Positions 10,007 through 20,184 of a DNA stretch of 64,000 nucleotides are shown piece by piece. The stretch covers positions 196,970 to 260,969 of the forward strand of contig JBMNLI010000017.1 in the NCBI GenBank assembly GCA_050952645.1, given 5' to 3'. The first letter of the stretch is position 1, and each line of letters opens with the position of its first letter. Origin of the DNA: Bdellovibrionota bacterium (GTDB lineage: Bacteria; Bdellovibrionota_C; UBA2361; CAKMMH01). Under the pieces are notes generated by a model, which saw nothing but the letters and a program-made list of their open reading frames with translations, ran no database searches and had not been told where the DNA came from. The translations under genes and the position numbers were made by a program.

Positions 10007-10972
10007 TTAAATTCCTCCTTTAGGAGCATAATTAAAAACATTTCTAATTCTATAAATCTTCTTATCTTGCGACTCGTAATAAGTCCTTACTTGCATTTCT
10101 GCTATTATACCAAACACTATAAATTGAATGCCTATAATTGCGAGCATTACCGCTATTGAAAGAAGCGGTCTATTCCCCATTGGGATATGCATATAAAATC
10201 TTTGGAATGTTAAATAGATAAATAGTATAAAACTAAATAACTCAGAGATTAACCCTAAAAGTCCAAACAGGTGGATAGGCCTTTTTGAATAACCTAGCAA
10301 AAATTTTACTAAGATTAAATCTAAAAACACTCTAGTAGCTTTAGACAATCCGTATTTAGACTTCCCATACTTTCTTTCTCTATGATTAACGGGAACTTCA
10401 ACTATTTTTGCCCCCATTTCGTTTGCTAGCGCCGCTATAAATCTATGCATCTCGCCATAAAGCTTTATTCCTCTTGCAACCTCTCCCGTCATAACTTTTA
10501 ATGTGCATCCGTTATCGTGTAGGTAAACTCCAGTGATTTTTGCTATTATTTTATTTCCTATTTTACTAGGGAGCGTAACCGTTAATTTTTTATCTTGTCT
10601 TTTCTTTCTCCAACCTGCCACTAAATCATAGCCCTCTTCTAGCTTTTCAACCATCATCGGAATTTCATTCGGGTCGTTTTGCAAATCTCCGTCCATAGGG
10701 ATAACTATATCTCCCCTACTATTTTCAAACCCTGCTGCCATAGCGGCAGTTTGCCCAAAGTTTCTTCTAAACTCTATTATTACTAGGCGAAAATCATCTT
10801 TTGCACATTCCTTTAGCACTTTTAACGTTTCATCTTTAGAGCCATCATCTATAAAAATAATCTCATAAGGACGCCCCATTTTTTCTAAAACTTTTTTTAC
10901 CTCAGTGTAGCATTCCTTGACGCTTTCCTCTTCGTTATAAACGGGTATTACTACAGATATACTTTGTTGCAT
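10007..10972 (-). CDS. Glycosyltransferase family 2, polyprenyl-phosphate sugar transferase (ArnC/DPM1-like) with C-terminal TM helices
   Basis: VIPVYNEEESV, DGDLQNDP motifs; 321 aa. Confidence 0.85.
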   Translation of the reverse strand: MQQSISVVIPVYNEEESVKECYTEVKKVLEKMGRPYEIIFIDDGSKDETLKVLKECAKDDFRLVIIEFRRNFGQTAAMAAGFENSRGDIVIPMDGDLQNDPNEIPMMVEKLEEGYDLVAGWRKKRQDKKLTVTLPSKIGNKIIAKITGVYLHDNGCTLKVMTGEVARGIKLYGEMHRFIAALANEMGAKIVEVPVNHRERKYGKSKYGLSKATRVFLDLILVKFLLGYSKRPIHLFGLLGLISELFSFILFIYLTFQRFYMHIPMGNRPLLSIAVMLAIIGIQFIVFGIIAEMQVRTYYESQDKKIYRIRNVFNYAPKGGI

Positions 10973-11248
10973 AAATAAATTTCCTAACTAAACTAAAAAA
11001 TGACACTCTTTAAATTATACTTTAAAAAACTAAATTATAAAAGTTTTGAAAGCCTTATCTTATATAATTTTCTAACTCGTTTAAAATATTAACAAAATCC
11101 TTTTAATTTTAACAAACTTCTTGCATAATAGGAGTATTAGCTAGGAAAAAGGTCTTTTTATTTAAATTTTAAATTTTAAGCGTAATGCTAATAAGAGATA
11201 AAGCCATATTAAAACGCATAAAGAGCTTATTTTTTATATTGAAATATT

Positions 11249-11911
11249 ATGAAAAAAACTATTATCGCACCATCTATATTAGCTAGCAATTTAAGAAATT
11301 TTGAAGATGATATTTTATCCGTTATAGATAGTGGTGCCGATTGGCTCCACGTCGATATTATGGACGGCAGTTTCGTTCCTAGAATTACGTTTGGAGATAA
11401 TATCGTAAAAGCTTTAAGAGAGTTTACGGATATATTTTTAGATGTTCACTTAATGGTTTCAAATCCTATGAAACTAATAGAAGCTTTTTATAATAGCAAT
11501 GTCGATCAAATCACTATACATAAAGAAAGTTTTGATGATGATAAAAAGCTTTTAGATGCTATAGATTATATAAAATCATTAAATTTAAAATGCGGCCTTT
11601 CTATAAAGCCTGACACTCCTATAAGTGAAATAGAAAATTTTTTAGAAAAACTAGACTTAGTCCTCGTTATGTCGGTAGAACCTGGGTTTGGGGGGCAAGA
11701 GTTTTTGGTCTCGTCACTAGAAAAAATAGCTTATTTAAAAAAAGTTATTAATAATTTAAAATTAAGTTGTTTGATTGAAGTAGATGGTGGGATAAATAAA
11801 GAAACCTCTAAACTTTGCATAGAGGCTGGGGCAGATGCATTAGTTGCAGGCACATTTGTTTTTAAATCTAGCGATAGAAAGTCGGCAATTAGAGCATTGC
11901 GTAATTTGTAG
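11249..11911 (+). CDS. rpe: Ribulose-phosphate 3-epimerase
   Basis: Strong family-level similarity (HVDIMDG, MSVEPGFGGQ); 220 aa. Confidence 0.9.
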   Translation: MKKTIIAPSILASNLRNFEDDILSVIDSGADWLHVDIMDGSFVPRITFGDNIVKALREFTDIFLDVHLMVSNPMKLIEAFYNSNVDQITIHKESFDDDKKLLDAIDYIKSLNLKCGLSIKPDTPISEIENFLEKLDLVLVMSVEPGFGGQEFLVSSLEKIAYLKKVINNLKLSCLIEVDGGINKETSKLCIEAGADALVAGTFVFKSSDRKSAIRALRNL

Positions 11912-11991
11912 CAATTTATCATAACAATTTTTAGTAGCAATTTTTTATAGCAATTTTTAGTAATTTATAAATTCTTTATAGGATTTTATAT

Positions 11992-12594
11992 ATGGATATA
12001 TTATTAAATATTTTAAGACTAATTCCTTTTTATTTAATAGGTGCATTTCCTACGGGACTTATAATCGCAAAAATAAATGGCATAGACATAACCGTAGCTG
12101 GTAGCGGAAACGTTGGTGCTACTAATTTAGCTAGAACCATAGGAAAGAAAGCTGGAATTTACACTCTTCTTGGCGACTTAGGAAAAGGCGTTATATCGGT
12201 CTTGCTATGTTATTTTTTTATTTCTAAGGACTTAGAGATGCTAACCTTAGTAGCGCTCGCAACCGTTTTAGGACATTGTTTTTCACTCCCAAAATTAAAG
12301 GGAGGCAAAGGCGTTGCTACAACATTTGGAGTTATACTCGTTATAGACCCTAAAATTGCCTTAGGATTGCTTCTTATCTTTATTACGATTTTTGCTATTT
12401 TTAGGATTGTATCTTTATCATCTATTACTGCCGCTTTATTCTTACCTATTTTATTTTTACTATCTTACGAAGGAAAAGAAAATAGCATACATTATATAAC
12501 GTTTATAAGCACCGTCGTTATTTTAAGGCATGCTGTAAATATAAAACGTTTATTAAAAGGTGAAGAGAAAAAATTTAGCTTTAAAAAGAAATAA
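11992..12594 (+). CDS. plsY: Glycerol-3-phosphate acyltransferase PlsY
   Basis: GSGNVGATN motif, polytopic membrane protein, 200 aa. Confidence 0.9.
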   Translation: MDILLNILRLIPFYLIGAFPTGLIIAKINGIDITVAGSGNVGATNLARTIGKKAGIYTLLGDLGKGVISVLLCYFFISKDLEMLTLVALATVLGHCFSLPKLKGGKGVATTFGVILVIDPKIALGLLLIFITIFAIFRIVSLSSITAALFLPILFLLSYEGKENSIHYITFISTVVILRHAVNIKRLLKGEEKKFSFKKK

Positions 12595-12872
12595 AATATT
12601 AAAGAAGTTTTTTTATTTTTTTAAAAAGAATAGCTCTTCTTGTTTAATATAAAACCATATATAATTTATCTCTAAAATTTACTCTATAAATTTACCATAT
12701 AAATTTACCATATAAATTTAGAAGCATTTTAGTAAAAAGTCTCGATACTATTTTTAGTTATCGTCTCGGCTGTTTATGTATCGATGCTACGTATGGCATT
12801 GAGAAACACAAGAGAATGTTTTGCTATTTAGCTTTTTAAAAAGCTAGTAGCTATAGATGGAAGGAGGACAAT

Positions 12873-13427
12873 ATGTCCTTTTTAAAACGATTTTGGAACT
12901 CCTTAGGGGAGCTCTTTGATTGGTTTGCAATTGCTTGCTTTGCCTTGTTAGTAGTGTTTGCGTTTGCGCAAAATACTGAGATTGAGAGACTCGAAGGCCA
13001 AGTGGCACTTTCTGAATACGCAATTGCGTTACATGGGTACACTGCGGCTCTGAAAAGCGAATTAGCATTTTACGACAAGCTTGCCGAATTGGCTAGGGAG
13101 TACAATGAAGTTGGAGAGGAAGCCGACGCAGCGGTAGGACGCCTTCGCAAACGCCTAGATGAAATCGAAGCAAGAAAGCAAGCTGCCAGCGAGCAAGGTT
13201 TGCAAGAAGCAGCACCGCAACAAGCGACAATGCCAGAAGCGACAACGCCAGAGGCACCGCAACAAGCGACAACGCCGAAAGCAAAATCGCCTGAAGCACC
13301 GCAGGAAGCGGAAGCGCCAGAAACGGAAGCGCCGAAAGCAAAATCGCCAAATGCGACATCGCAAGCATTGCAAAACTCGCAAAAAAAGTCTGGCATCACA
13401 GTAAGGTACTACGAGCAGCACCCTTAA
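12873..13427 (+). CDS. Hypothetical membrane-anchored coiled-coil protein with a P/A/E/T/K-rich imperfect tandem repeat tail; about 47% GC against about 28% flanking
   Basis: N-terminal TM, RBS GGAGG, internal repeats (PEAxxPE...). Antisense ORFs in the track are GC-driven artefacts. Confidence 0.55.
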   Translation: MSFLKRFWNSLGELFDWFAIACFALLVVFAFAQNTEIERLEGQVALSEYAIALHGYTAALKSELAFYDKLAELAREYNEVGEEADAAVGRLRKRLDEIEARKQAASEQGLQEAAPQQATMPEATTPEAPQQATTPKAKSPEAPQEAEAPETEAPKAKSPNATSQALQNSQKKSGITVRYYEQHP

Positions 13428-13635
13428 GTCGTTTAGAAGGTTCTAGGTCTTTTTTTAAGACCTTTTAGGTTCCTTCTAGAGACGCTAGCGACCACTAAGG
13501 AAGCTCTCTTTTTTGAGGGCTTCTTTCTTTTTATCTTTTAAAAATCTTCTCTGTCCCTCTTTTTATTTCTTATTTTTTATCCTAAACTTTTTTTATTCTA
13601 AACCCTACTCTCATTTTGCTTATGTTATATTTTTT

Positions 13636-13910
13636 GGTTCTTCACGTTTTAGGTGGGTTAGAGTCTATCTTCTAATTTAAATTGACAAAATTATTTTACA
13701 AAACTGTTGTTGTTTTATTAAAATAATAGTTAATTTTATTGGTAAAATAAATATTAGAGTTGTTAGGAAAAGTTATCCATAACTGATAGCTTGGCCCCAG
13801 CAATAAAAAGCTAAAGGTCAAGCTGTCAGGCTGTGGATAACTTTCACAAAGACTCCATTAAACAGAATGGCGTTTTGTTTCTCTAGGGGGCCATTTAAAA
13901 CGTGAAGAGC
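13636..13910. repeat. MITE-like element, subfamily 1 (275 bp), TIR GGTTCTTCACGTTTTAGGTGGGTT / CCATTTAAAACGTGAAGAGC; internal DnaA-box-like pair
   Basis: Near-identical copies at 42116..42381 and 62576..62817; internal TTATCCATA and TGTGGATAA. Confidence 0.8.
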
Positions 13911-13982
13911 TAAAAGTTTGGGTTTTATCTTAGGAATATCAACAAAGCTCTGTAATAGAACTAAAATTTTTAGCTAAAAAGA

Positions 13983-15128
13983 TTACTCAAAAATACAAGG
14001 AATAATTATCCTAACCGTAGTTCCTCCTAAGTCTCTATTTTGAATTTCTAGACTACCCCCATGAGCTTTTATATACTCATCGCAAATAAACAACCCTACC
14101 CCTAAGCCTTGTTGTTCTTCTATTTCCCTATCTATTTGTGTAAATAATTTTAAAGCACTTTGCGCTTTCTTATCATCAAAACCTATTCCTCTATCTTTAA
14201 TTTCGATAACCGCATTATTTAATTCCTTAAGTAAATCTATTTCTATCTTAATTTCACCATTAGAAGAAAGCAAACTCGAAAACTTAACTGCATTTTCTAA
14301 CACACGCTCTATCACATCTTTAAAATATACATCATAAATATGCACATTTACGCCACAGCTACAATCTATTATTTCGATATCTATATTTATTTTATTTTCG
14401 AGATTATTTTTAAAATCACTTACTATATCATTTACTAAATCTTTTAAATTATATTTTTTAGATTTTTTTTCTATCTCTTTTTTATGAATTCCTATTTCGA
14501 GTTGTTGCAAAGTTAAAAAATTAGCTATCAATCTTTCTAATCTTTCGCTTCCTTCAACCATTGAATCTAAAAGCTTACTTATTTTTGTATCATCAAAAGA
14601 GTTTCTTCTATCTATTAAAAGCTGAGAAGTGCTTTGAATAGCGTAAAGTGGTGTTCTAAACTCGTGCGACATAGTGTGTAAAATTCTTTTCTTATTTTTC
14701 TCTAAATCTTTTTCTATCGAACATCTTAAATCGTTTACTTTTTTTAACTTGCCTTTCGTTATTGAAATAATCTCATCTGCGTTATACGGTTTTATTATTA
14801 TATCATCTACGCCTAACTCTCTTAATTTATTTAACTCATCTTTATCATCTAGAGAGGTGAGCACTACTATTTGCATATCATAGTAATCTTCAGAAGATTT
14901 AACACTCTCACAAAACTTAAAACCATCTAAAACGGGCATTAGCAAATCGCAAAATACCAAATCAAACCTTTCCTCTTTAATAAGTTCTAAAGCCATTTGC
15001 CCATTATTTGCGCAAGTTATAGATACATCTAAAGTGCTAAGCAGTTTTTTTAAACTATCTTGAACTAAAAAATTATCATCTATTAGTAATATGGACGGTT
15101 TATTATTTAACAAAATATTTTCCCTCAA
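13983..15128 (-). CDS. Hybrid sensor: N-terminal response-regulator receiver domain fused to HisKA plus HATPase kinase core
   Basis: LLIDDN...DLVFCDLLMP receiver motifs; HEFRTPL H-box; G-rich ATPase boxes. Confidence 0.8.
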   Translation of the reverse strand: MRENILLNNKPSILLIDDNFLVQDSLKKLLSTLDVSITCANNGQMALELIKEERFDLVFCDLLMPVLDGFKFCESVKSSEDYYDMQIVVLTSLDDKDELNKLRELGVDDIIIKPYNADEIISITKGKLKKVNDLRCSIEKDLEKNKKRILHTMSHEFRTPLYAIQSTSQLLIDRRNSFDDTKISKLLDSMVEGSERLERLIANFLTLQQLEIGIHKKEIEKKSKKYNLKDLVNDIVSDFKNNLENKINIDIEIIDCSCGVNVHIYDVYFKDVIERVLENAVKFSSLLSSNGEIKIEIDLLKELNNAVIEIKDRGIGFDDKKAQSALKLFTQIDREIEEQQGLGVGLFICDEYIKAHGGSLEIQNRDLGGTTVRIIIPCIFE

Positions 15129-15217
15129 GTATAATATAATTTAAGATATAAACTATTATATGCTTTTAAAGTCGGAAAATATAAGTAAAATCTTAAGGTG
15201 AAAGCCCCCTCACAGAA

Positions 15218-16201
15218 TTATATTGAAAAATCCCCTATATTTCTAAATTTTAAGTACCTTTTTTTAGTTAGCTCTTCGATACTTAATTTTTCTAACTCTT
15301 TTAAATTCCTAAATAATGATGATTTTAACACTTCTGCCATTTCTTTATAATTTCTATGTGCACCCCCTAGAGGCTCTTCGACTATCTCATCTATAATGCC
15401 AAATTTCTTTAAATCCTGTGAAGTAAGTTTTAGAAGCTCTGCCGATTGCTTAATCCTATCTAAAGAAACCTCCTCTCCATCTTTTCCCCATAAAATCGAG
15501 GCGCATCCTTCAGGAGATATAACTGAATAACAAGCATTTTGAAGCATAAGCACTCTATCTGCAACGCCTAGAGCTAAAGCACCACCACTTCCCCCTTCTC
15601 CTATTACTACCGAGATTATTCGAGTTTTTAATGTAGACAAAATCTCTAAATTTTTAGCGATAGCTTGCGCCTGTCCCCTTTCCTCTGCCTCTATCCCTGG
15701 ATAGGCTCCCGCAGTATCGATAAAATTTATAACCGGCAAGCCAAACTTTTCTGCCATAAAAAACAATCTCTGAGATTTTCTATACCCATCGGGTTCAGCC
15801 ATTCCAAAATTACGCTTTAATCTTTCTTGCATGTCTTTTCCACGTTGATGCCCTATAACTATAACGCTTTTACCAGATAATTTTGCTAACCCTCCTACGA
15901 TAGCAGGATCATCTCTAAAGCACCTATCTCCATGAAGCTCTACAAAATCTGTAAATATAAGGTCTATATAATCTAGCGTTAACGGTCTATTTTGATGGCG
16001 TGATATTTGAACTTTTTGATATACAGAAAGCCCTTTATAAGTTTCTTTTCTTAATTTCGATACTTTCTCTTCTAACTCTGCATAATCTTTTCTTACCTCT
16101 TCATCCCCAGCATTTAAACGTTCCCCGAGTTCTGCTAGCCTAACTTCTTGCATTATTAGTTCCTTTTCAAAATCTAGTGGGTTTTTTATTACATTATTCA
16201 T
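15218..16201 (-). CDS. accA: Acetyl-CoA carboxylase carboxyltransferase subunit alpha
   Basis: Full-length AccA-like sequence (327 aa). Confidence 0.9.
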   Translation of the reverse strand: MNNVIKNPLDFEKELIMQEVRLAELGERLNAGDEEVRKDYAELEEKVSKLRKETYKGLSVYQKVQISRHQNRPLTLDYIDLIFTDFVELHGDRCFRDDPAIVGGLAKLSGKSVIVIGHQRGKDMQERLKRNFGMAEPDGYRKSQRLFFMAEKFGLPVINFIDTAGAYPGIEAEERGQAQAIAKNLEILSTLKTRIISVVIGEGGSGGALALGVADRVLMLQNACYSVISPEGCASILWGKDGEEVSLDRIKQSAELLKLTSQDLKKFGIIDEIVEEPLGGAHRNYKEMAEVLKSSLFRNLKELEKLSIEELTKKRYLKFRNIGDFSI

Positions 16202-16267
16202 TTTATTTTCAAACTCCTCTTAAAAGTCTTCATTTCTAAAATTTTTAAGCGATGCTAAAAGCCTTTT

Positions 16268-17320
16268 TTACAACAAACACTTAGGCGATATATAAGAAAG
16301 CCTAACTCCTTTAATGCCATTTTTCATATTTGTTTTTATATCATCTACTAGTTCATTGAAAGTATAATTATATACTAGAAAATCTTTCAACGTTCCTTTT
16401 CCTACGATAGTAGAATTATCACTTAAAATCATACTAGCTTTATTATCTTCGTATTTTGGGAAAATATCCCAACCTCTTTTTTCAGGCTCATTTCTAAAAT
16501 ACGTCATTTGCCTTTTAGCTAAGTTCCTAGTTCGTTTAGCTATATCTTCAATCATACCATCTTTAGAAATTTTTTGCTCTATATATTGCACAGCTTGCTT
16601 ATACCCTATACTTAAAAATGGAGCTAAGTTTTTATCGTATTTTTCTAGTAGTTTTTTAGTTTCTTCTATAAGCCCTAAATCGATTAGCTTTCTAGTTCTT
16701 TCGTTAATATTATTATAAAGCTCCTCTCTTTTTTGACATATTACGTATGCTAGACAATCGTATTTTTTCTCTAAAAAACTATGTTCTTTTTGCACATCTT
16801 TTATGCTTTTATTTGATAAAATCTTAACCTCTAATGCACGAATTATTCTAGTTCTATCATTTGCACTTAAACTTTTAGAAGCCTTACCATCTAACCTTTT
16901 CAGTAGTGCATAAAGAGCGCTCGTTTCTTTTTTTTCTAATCTTTCTCTTAAATTTTTATCGCTACTTTTAAGCGTTGCTAAACCGTGAATTAGCGGCGTT
17001 ATGTACATAGTAGTTCCACCTACTATTATTACATTTTTATCTTTATCATAAATATTAGAAATAGCCTTGCGAGCAAGTTTTAAGTATTTTGCTACATCGA
17101 AATGAGAATTAGGCTCTAATACATCTAGCAAGTAGTGTTCTATTCCTTGCATTTCTTCTTTAGTAATTTTAGCACTTCCTATATTAAAGCCTTTATATAC
17201 TTGCACGGAATCGATACTTACTATTTCCGCACTTATAGCTTTCGCTAACTTTACCGCTAAGGAGCTTTTGCCACTACACGTAGCACCAGTTATTAAAATT
17301 AAAGGTTTATGATTTAACAC
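16268..17320 (-). CDS. miaA: tRNA dimethylallyltransferase
   Basis: P-loop GATCSGKS, DSVQVYKG motif; 350 aa. Confidence 0.9.
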   Translation of the reverse strand: MLNHKPLILITGATCSGKSSLAVKLAKAISAEIVSIDSVQVYKGFNIGSAKITKEEMQGIEHYLLDVLEPNSHFDVAKYLKLARKAISNIYDKDKNVIIVGGTTMYITPLIHGLATLKSSDKNLRERLEKKETSALYALLKRLDGKASKSLSANDRTRIIRALEVKILSNKSIKDVQKEHSFLEKKYDCLAYVICQKREELYNNINERTRKLIDLGLIEETKKLLEKYDKNLAPFLSIGYKQAVQYIEQKISKDGMIEDIAKRTRNLAKRQMTYFRNEPEKRGWDIFPKYEDNKASMILSDNSTIVGKGTLKDFLVYNYTFNELVDDIKTNMKNGIKGVRLSYISPKCLL

Positions 17321-17364
17321 TTTGCCTTAAAATATTTATATATTATTTATATATTTATGATTTT

Positions 17365-17967
17365 TTATTTATCTTTTATAAAAACTAGGTCTTCGCCGTC
17401 CTTTTCTTTAAAAATCATTTTTACTTTTTTATTTCGTGGAATTATTATCTGTTTTCCATAATAATCTGGTCTTATCGGATATTCCCCACAATTCCTATCT
17501 ACTACTACCGCTAATTTCACGATTTTAGGTCTTCCAAAATCGATAAGGGCATCTAGAGCCGCTCTTATAGTTCTTCCCGTAAAAAACACATCATCGAGCA
17601 ATACTATTTTTTTACCTAAAACATTAAAATCTATTTCCGTTCCGTTTAGTATAGGGTCAGTTACTACATTTATTAAATCATCTCTATAAAGAGCGATATC
17701 GATAAAGCCCATTTCTAAATCTACGCTAGTTATATCTTTTATCAACGCTTGCAAACGTCTAGCTACAAACTCTCCTCCGCTTTTTATACCAACTAACGCA
17801 ACGCTATTATCTAAAGGATAATTATCTTCTATTATCTGGTATGCTATTCTCGTTAGGGAAAGAGAGATCTCCGTTTTATTCATTACTTTTGCTATATTAT
17901 TCTCTACCGTATTGCCTACATTATTACCTACATTATTACCTACATTATTTGAATTTATTTTTTCCAT
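17365..17967 (-). CDS. pyrR: PyrR bifunctional pyrimidine regulatory protein / uracil phosphoribosyltransferase, with an N-terminal NVGN repeat extension
   Basis: VDDVFFTGRTIRAALDAL PRTase motif; (NVGN)x3 low-complexity N-terminus. Confidence 0.85.
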   Translation of the reverse strand: MEKINSNNVGNNVGNNVGNTVENNIAKVMNKTEISLSLTRIAYQIIEDNYPLDNSVALVGIKSGGEFVARRLQALIKDITSVDLEMGFIDIALYRDDLINVVTDPILNGTEIDFNVLGKKIVLLDDVFFTGRTIRAALDALIDFGRPKIVKLAVVVDRNCGEYPIRPDYYGKQIIIPRNKKVKMIFKEKDGEDLVFIKDK

Positions 17968-18015
17968 TTTAAATCCTTTTTTATCATTTTAATTTTAAAT
18001 TTTTTATTAGCGATT

Positions 18016-18387
18016 TTAAATCTTATTTTTAACTTCTGCTAAAAAATTAAAAATATATAAATCATAATCTTTTTTACCAATAGTAATATAAAAAACCTCG
18101 TTATATTCTAAAGAAATTTTTATTTCATTTCTAGTCCTAGTTATAATAATATCGTCTTTTCTAGCTGGAATTTTAAGATATTTGATTTGAGCGTATAATT
18201 TTTCTTTTATTTCTATATCAGTTTTCTCATTAGTTAAATTACTGAGTTTAAACATTTGATTTTTTATTTCAAAATAGTAATAATAAAAGGGGATTACATT
18301 ATAAAGCACAAAAACTATAATTAATGCTAAACAAGAAAGCATTATATTTTTAAGTCTTGTGTATACTTTATCATTACTATAAGACAT
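18016..18387 (-). CDS. Hypothetical single-pass membrane protein
   Basis: ORF with one N-terminal TM; no recognisable family. Confidence 0.4.
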   Translation of the reverse strand: MSYSNDKVYTRLKNIMLSCLALIIVFVLYNVIPFYYYYFEIKNQMFKLSNLTNEKTDIEIKEKLYAQIKYLKIPARKDDIIITRTRNEIKISLEYNEVFYITIGKKDYDLYIFNFLAEVKNKI

Positions 18388-18406
18388 TTTTTTATATTAA
18401 CAAAAA

Positions 18407-18787
18407 ATGATATTACGAGAAAGACACAAAATACAGTATTTACTATCTACTGCCATGATATTCTTAGTTCTTGGTCTAGGGAATGTGATTTATGGTCGTG
18501 TAAAATACAAAGAATATAAAAGAATTTATGAGAAAGTGATACTAGAGATCGATGAGAATTCCCCTTACGATAATTTAGAGATCAAAGGTAGCGATTTACC
18601 AAATATTTCTTTGATGCAAAACGGCAATTTAACTGAAAAAACTCGCCATTTAAAAAGAAGTCATGGGAGAATTATATTCTACCAATTTTTCGTAAAAGGC
18701 GGAAAGATTTTTTTAGGAATTAGTTTAATTTTCTTCTTAATAGCTTTTGCCCTTTTTATTAACAAGAAAGATAAAAAAGAATTATAA
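18407..18787 (+). CDS. Hypothetical two-TM membrane protein
   Basis: ORF with N- and C-terminal hydrophobic segments. Confidence 0.4.
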   Translation: MILRERHKIQYLLSTAMIFLVLGLGNVIYGRVKYKEYKRIYEKVILEIDENSPYDNLEIKGSDLPNISLMQNGNLTEKTRHLKRSHGRIIFYQFFVKGGKIFLGISLIFFLIAFALFINKKDKKEL

Positions 18788-18831
18788 AAATTCATTAAAG
18801 TTTTTTATAGGAAAGTTCCGATTAGATAATT

Positions 18832-19707
18832 GTGAAGCAAGATCTTGAGAATGATAACACACTAAATAATACATTAAGCATGGAAGAGGCTAATGCGCTC
18901 GTAGTAGAGAACCAAGCTTGGGCCGAGTCTATCGCTAAATCTGTGGCTCGTGCTTGGAATTTAGACTGGAAAATCGATGGCCTAGACGGTGCTGCTCTAG
19001 AGGCTTTAATTTTTTGCTCAAGACGTTTCGACCCGACTTTAGAGGTTCCATTTAAAGCGTATGCAAGAAAAAGAATTCATGAAGCTTCGCAGGAAGCTGC
19101 GAGAAAATCTAAAGGCTGGGCGATCTCTAGGAAAAAAGACCCAGAAGCACATAAAGCAAAAGAGGTTTCACAAGAATTATTAAAAAGATATCCAGAGTTA
19201 ATGGAAGGACAGCTCGTTATTTATGAAGATGGCGAGGAAGTGGCGAAAGCTAAAAAAGTAAAAAGTCTAGAAGCTCAAAATGAGGTTAAAGAAAAAGCTA
19301 CGAGACTAGTTTTAAGAGAAATGTTATTAGGTGCAGATATTATAGCGACTAGGCAAGAGCTATTACAAGAATATGTAGATCCTGATGAATTATTAGAAGC
19401 AAAAAGGATTATATGCACGATAGCTCTTTTGGAAATAATTCATCAACAACTTATATGGGCAGTTTATTGGGAAGATTTATCTCTTAGAAGCCTTGCGCAA
19501 GAATGGAAGACCGATGAGTTAAATGTTATAAGGGAGCACCGAGTCCTTTTAGATTGGTTTTCTAAAAATCCTAGTGAGCTTAAAAAAGCACTAATTCCGA
19601 AAGTGCGTCCAGGGTTGCGAGCGATAGCCCTTCAAATGAAAAAAAACAATGTAGTAGGTAAATTTACAGAGCTTATTAAAAAGATAGAGGAAGAGTATGG
19701 GAAATGA
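18832..19707 (+). CDS. fliA: Alternative sigma factor, FliA/sigma-28-like
   Basis: Region 2 pattern (...DGLDGAALEALIFCSRRFDP...FKAYARKRIHEA...RKSKGW) resembles FliA; region 4 HTH at C-terminus; GC about 42%. Confidence 0.6.
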   Translation: MKQDLENDNTLNNTLSMEEANALVVENQAWAESIAKSVARAWNLDWKIDGLDGAALEALIFCSRRFDPTLEVPFKAYARKRIHEASQEAARKSKGWAISRKKDPEAHKAKEVSQELLKRYPELMEGQLVIYEDGEEVAKAKKVKSLEAQNEVKEKATRLVLREMLLGADIIATRQELLQEYVDPDELLEAKRIICTIALLEIIHQQLIWAVYWEDLSLRSLAQEWKTDELNVIREHRVLLDWFSKNPSELKKALIPKVRPGLRAIALQMKKNNVVGKFTELIKKIEEEYGK

Positions 19708-20044
19708 TATTAAAAATAAAAAAATAGGTGGGATAGGCAAAACTTCTAAAGCTAATGAGATAAAGAGCACGAGTGAGGTTTCTTCGGTAGATAATGTAGA
19801 AAATATTGATGGAGTTAATAGTGTTAGTGGCGTTCATAGAGTTTCAAACGTATCGGGTATAAATAGCGTTGGTGGTATAAGGGCCAATAAAACTACTAGG
19901 ATTATAACGCTTGAAGAAAGAGAAGCGATTTTTAATATGATTAACGAAGAAGCGGACAGCCTCTTTGGCAAAGATTCAAAACGTGGAAAGGTAGCTAGCG
20001 ATGCAGTAAAAATGGCTATCGATGCAGCGATAGTAAAAGATTAG
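19697..20044 (+). CDS. Putative anti-sigma-28 factor (FlgM-like): disordered G/S/V/N repeat N-terminus, short helical C-terminus; start overlaps the sigma gene stop (ATGA)
   Basis: Size, translational coupling to the sigma factor, disorder-like composition. Sequence similarity to FlgM is weak. Confidence 0.3.
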   Translation: MGNDIKNKKIGGIGKTSKANEIKSTSEVSSVDNVENIDGVNSVSGVHRVSNVSGINSVGGIRANKTTRIITLEEREAIFNMINEEADSLFGKDSKRGKVASDAVKMAIDAAIVKD

Positions 20045-20184
20045 CTCAATTTAGAAGACTCTTCTTGCATATATTAAGTGGGTAAATTGTAATACTTAAC
20101 GCTACACATTTTTAAAAAAACTTGACTAACACTTAATAAGTATCTATGCTAAATACTGGTTGTTTTTAGGTTTTTATAAGATGC

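Noticed and set aside
13070-13421. Four overlapping antisense/alternate-frame ORFs (81-109 aa, Arg/Cys/Leu-rich) in the ORF track
   Set aside because: They lie entirely within the GC-rich 12873..13427 gene. High GC suppresses stop codons in all frames, and their compositions are typical of out-of-frame artefacts.
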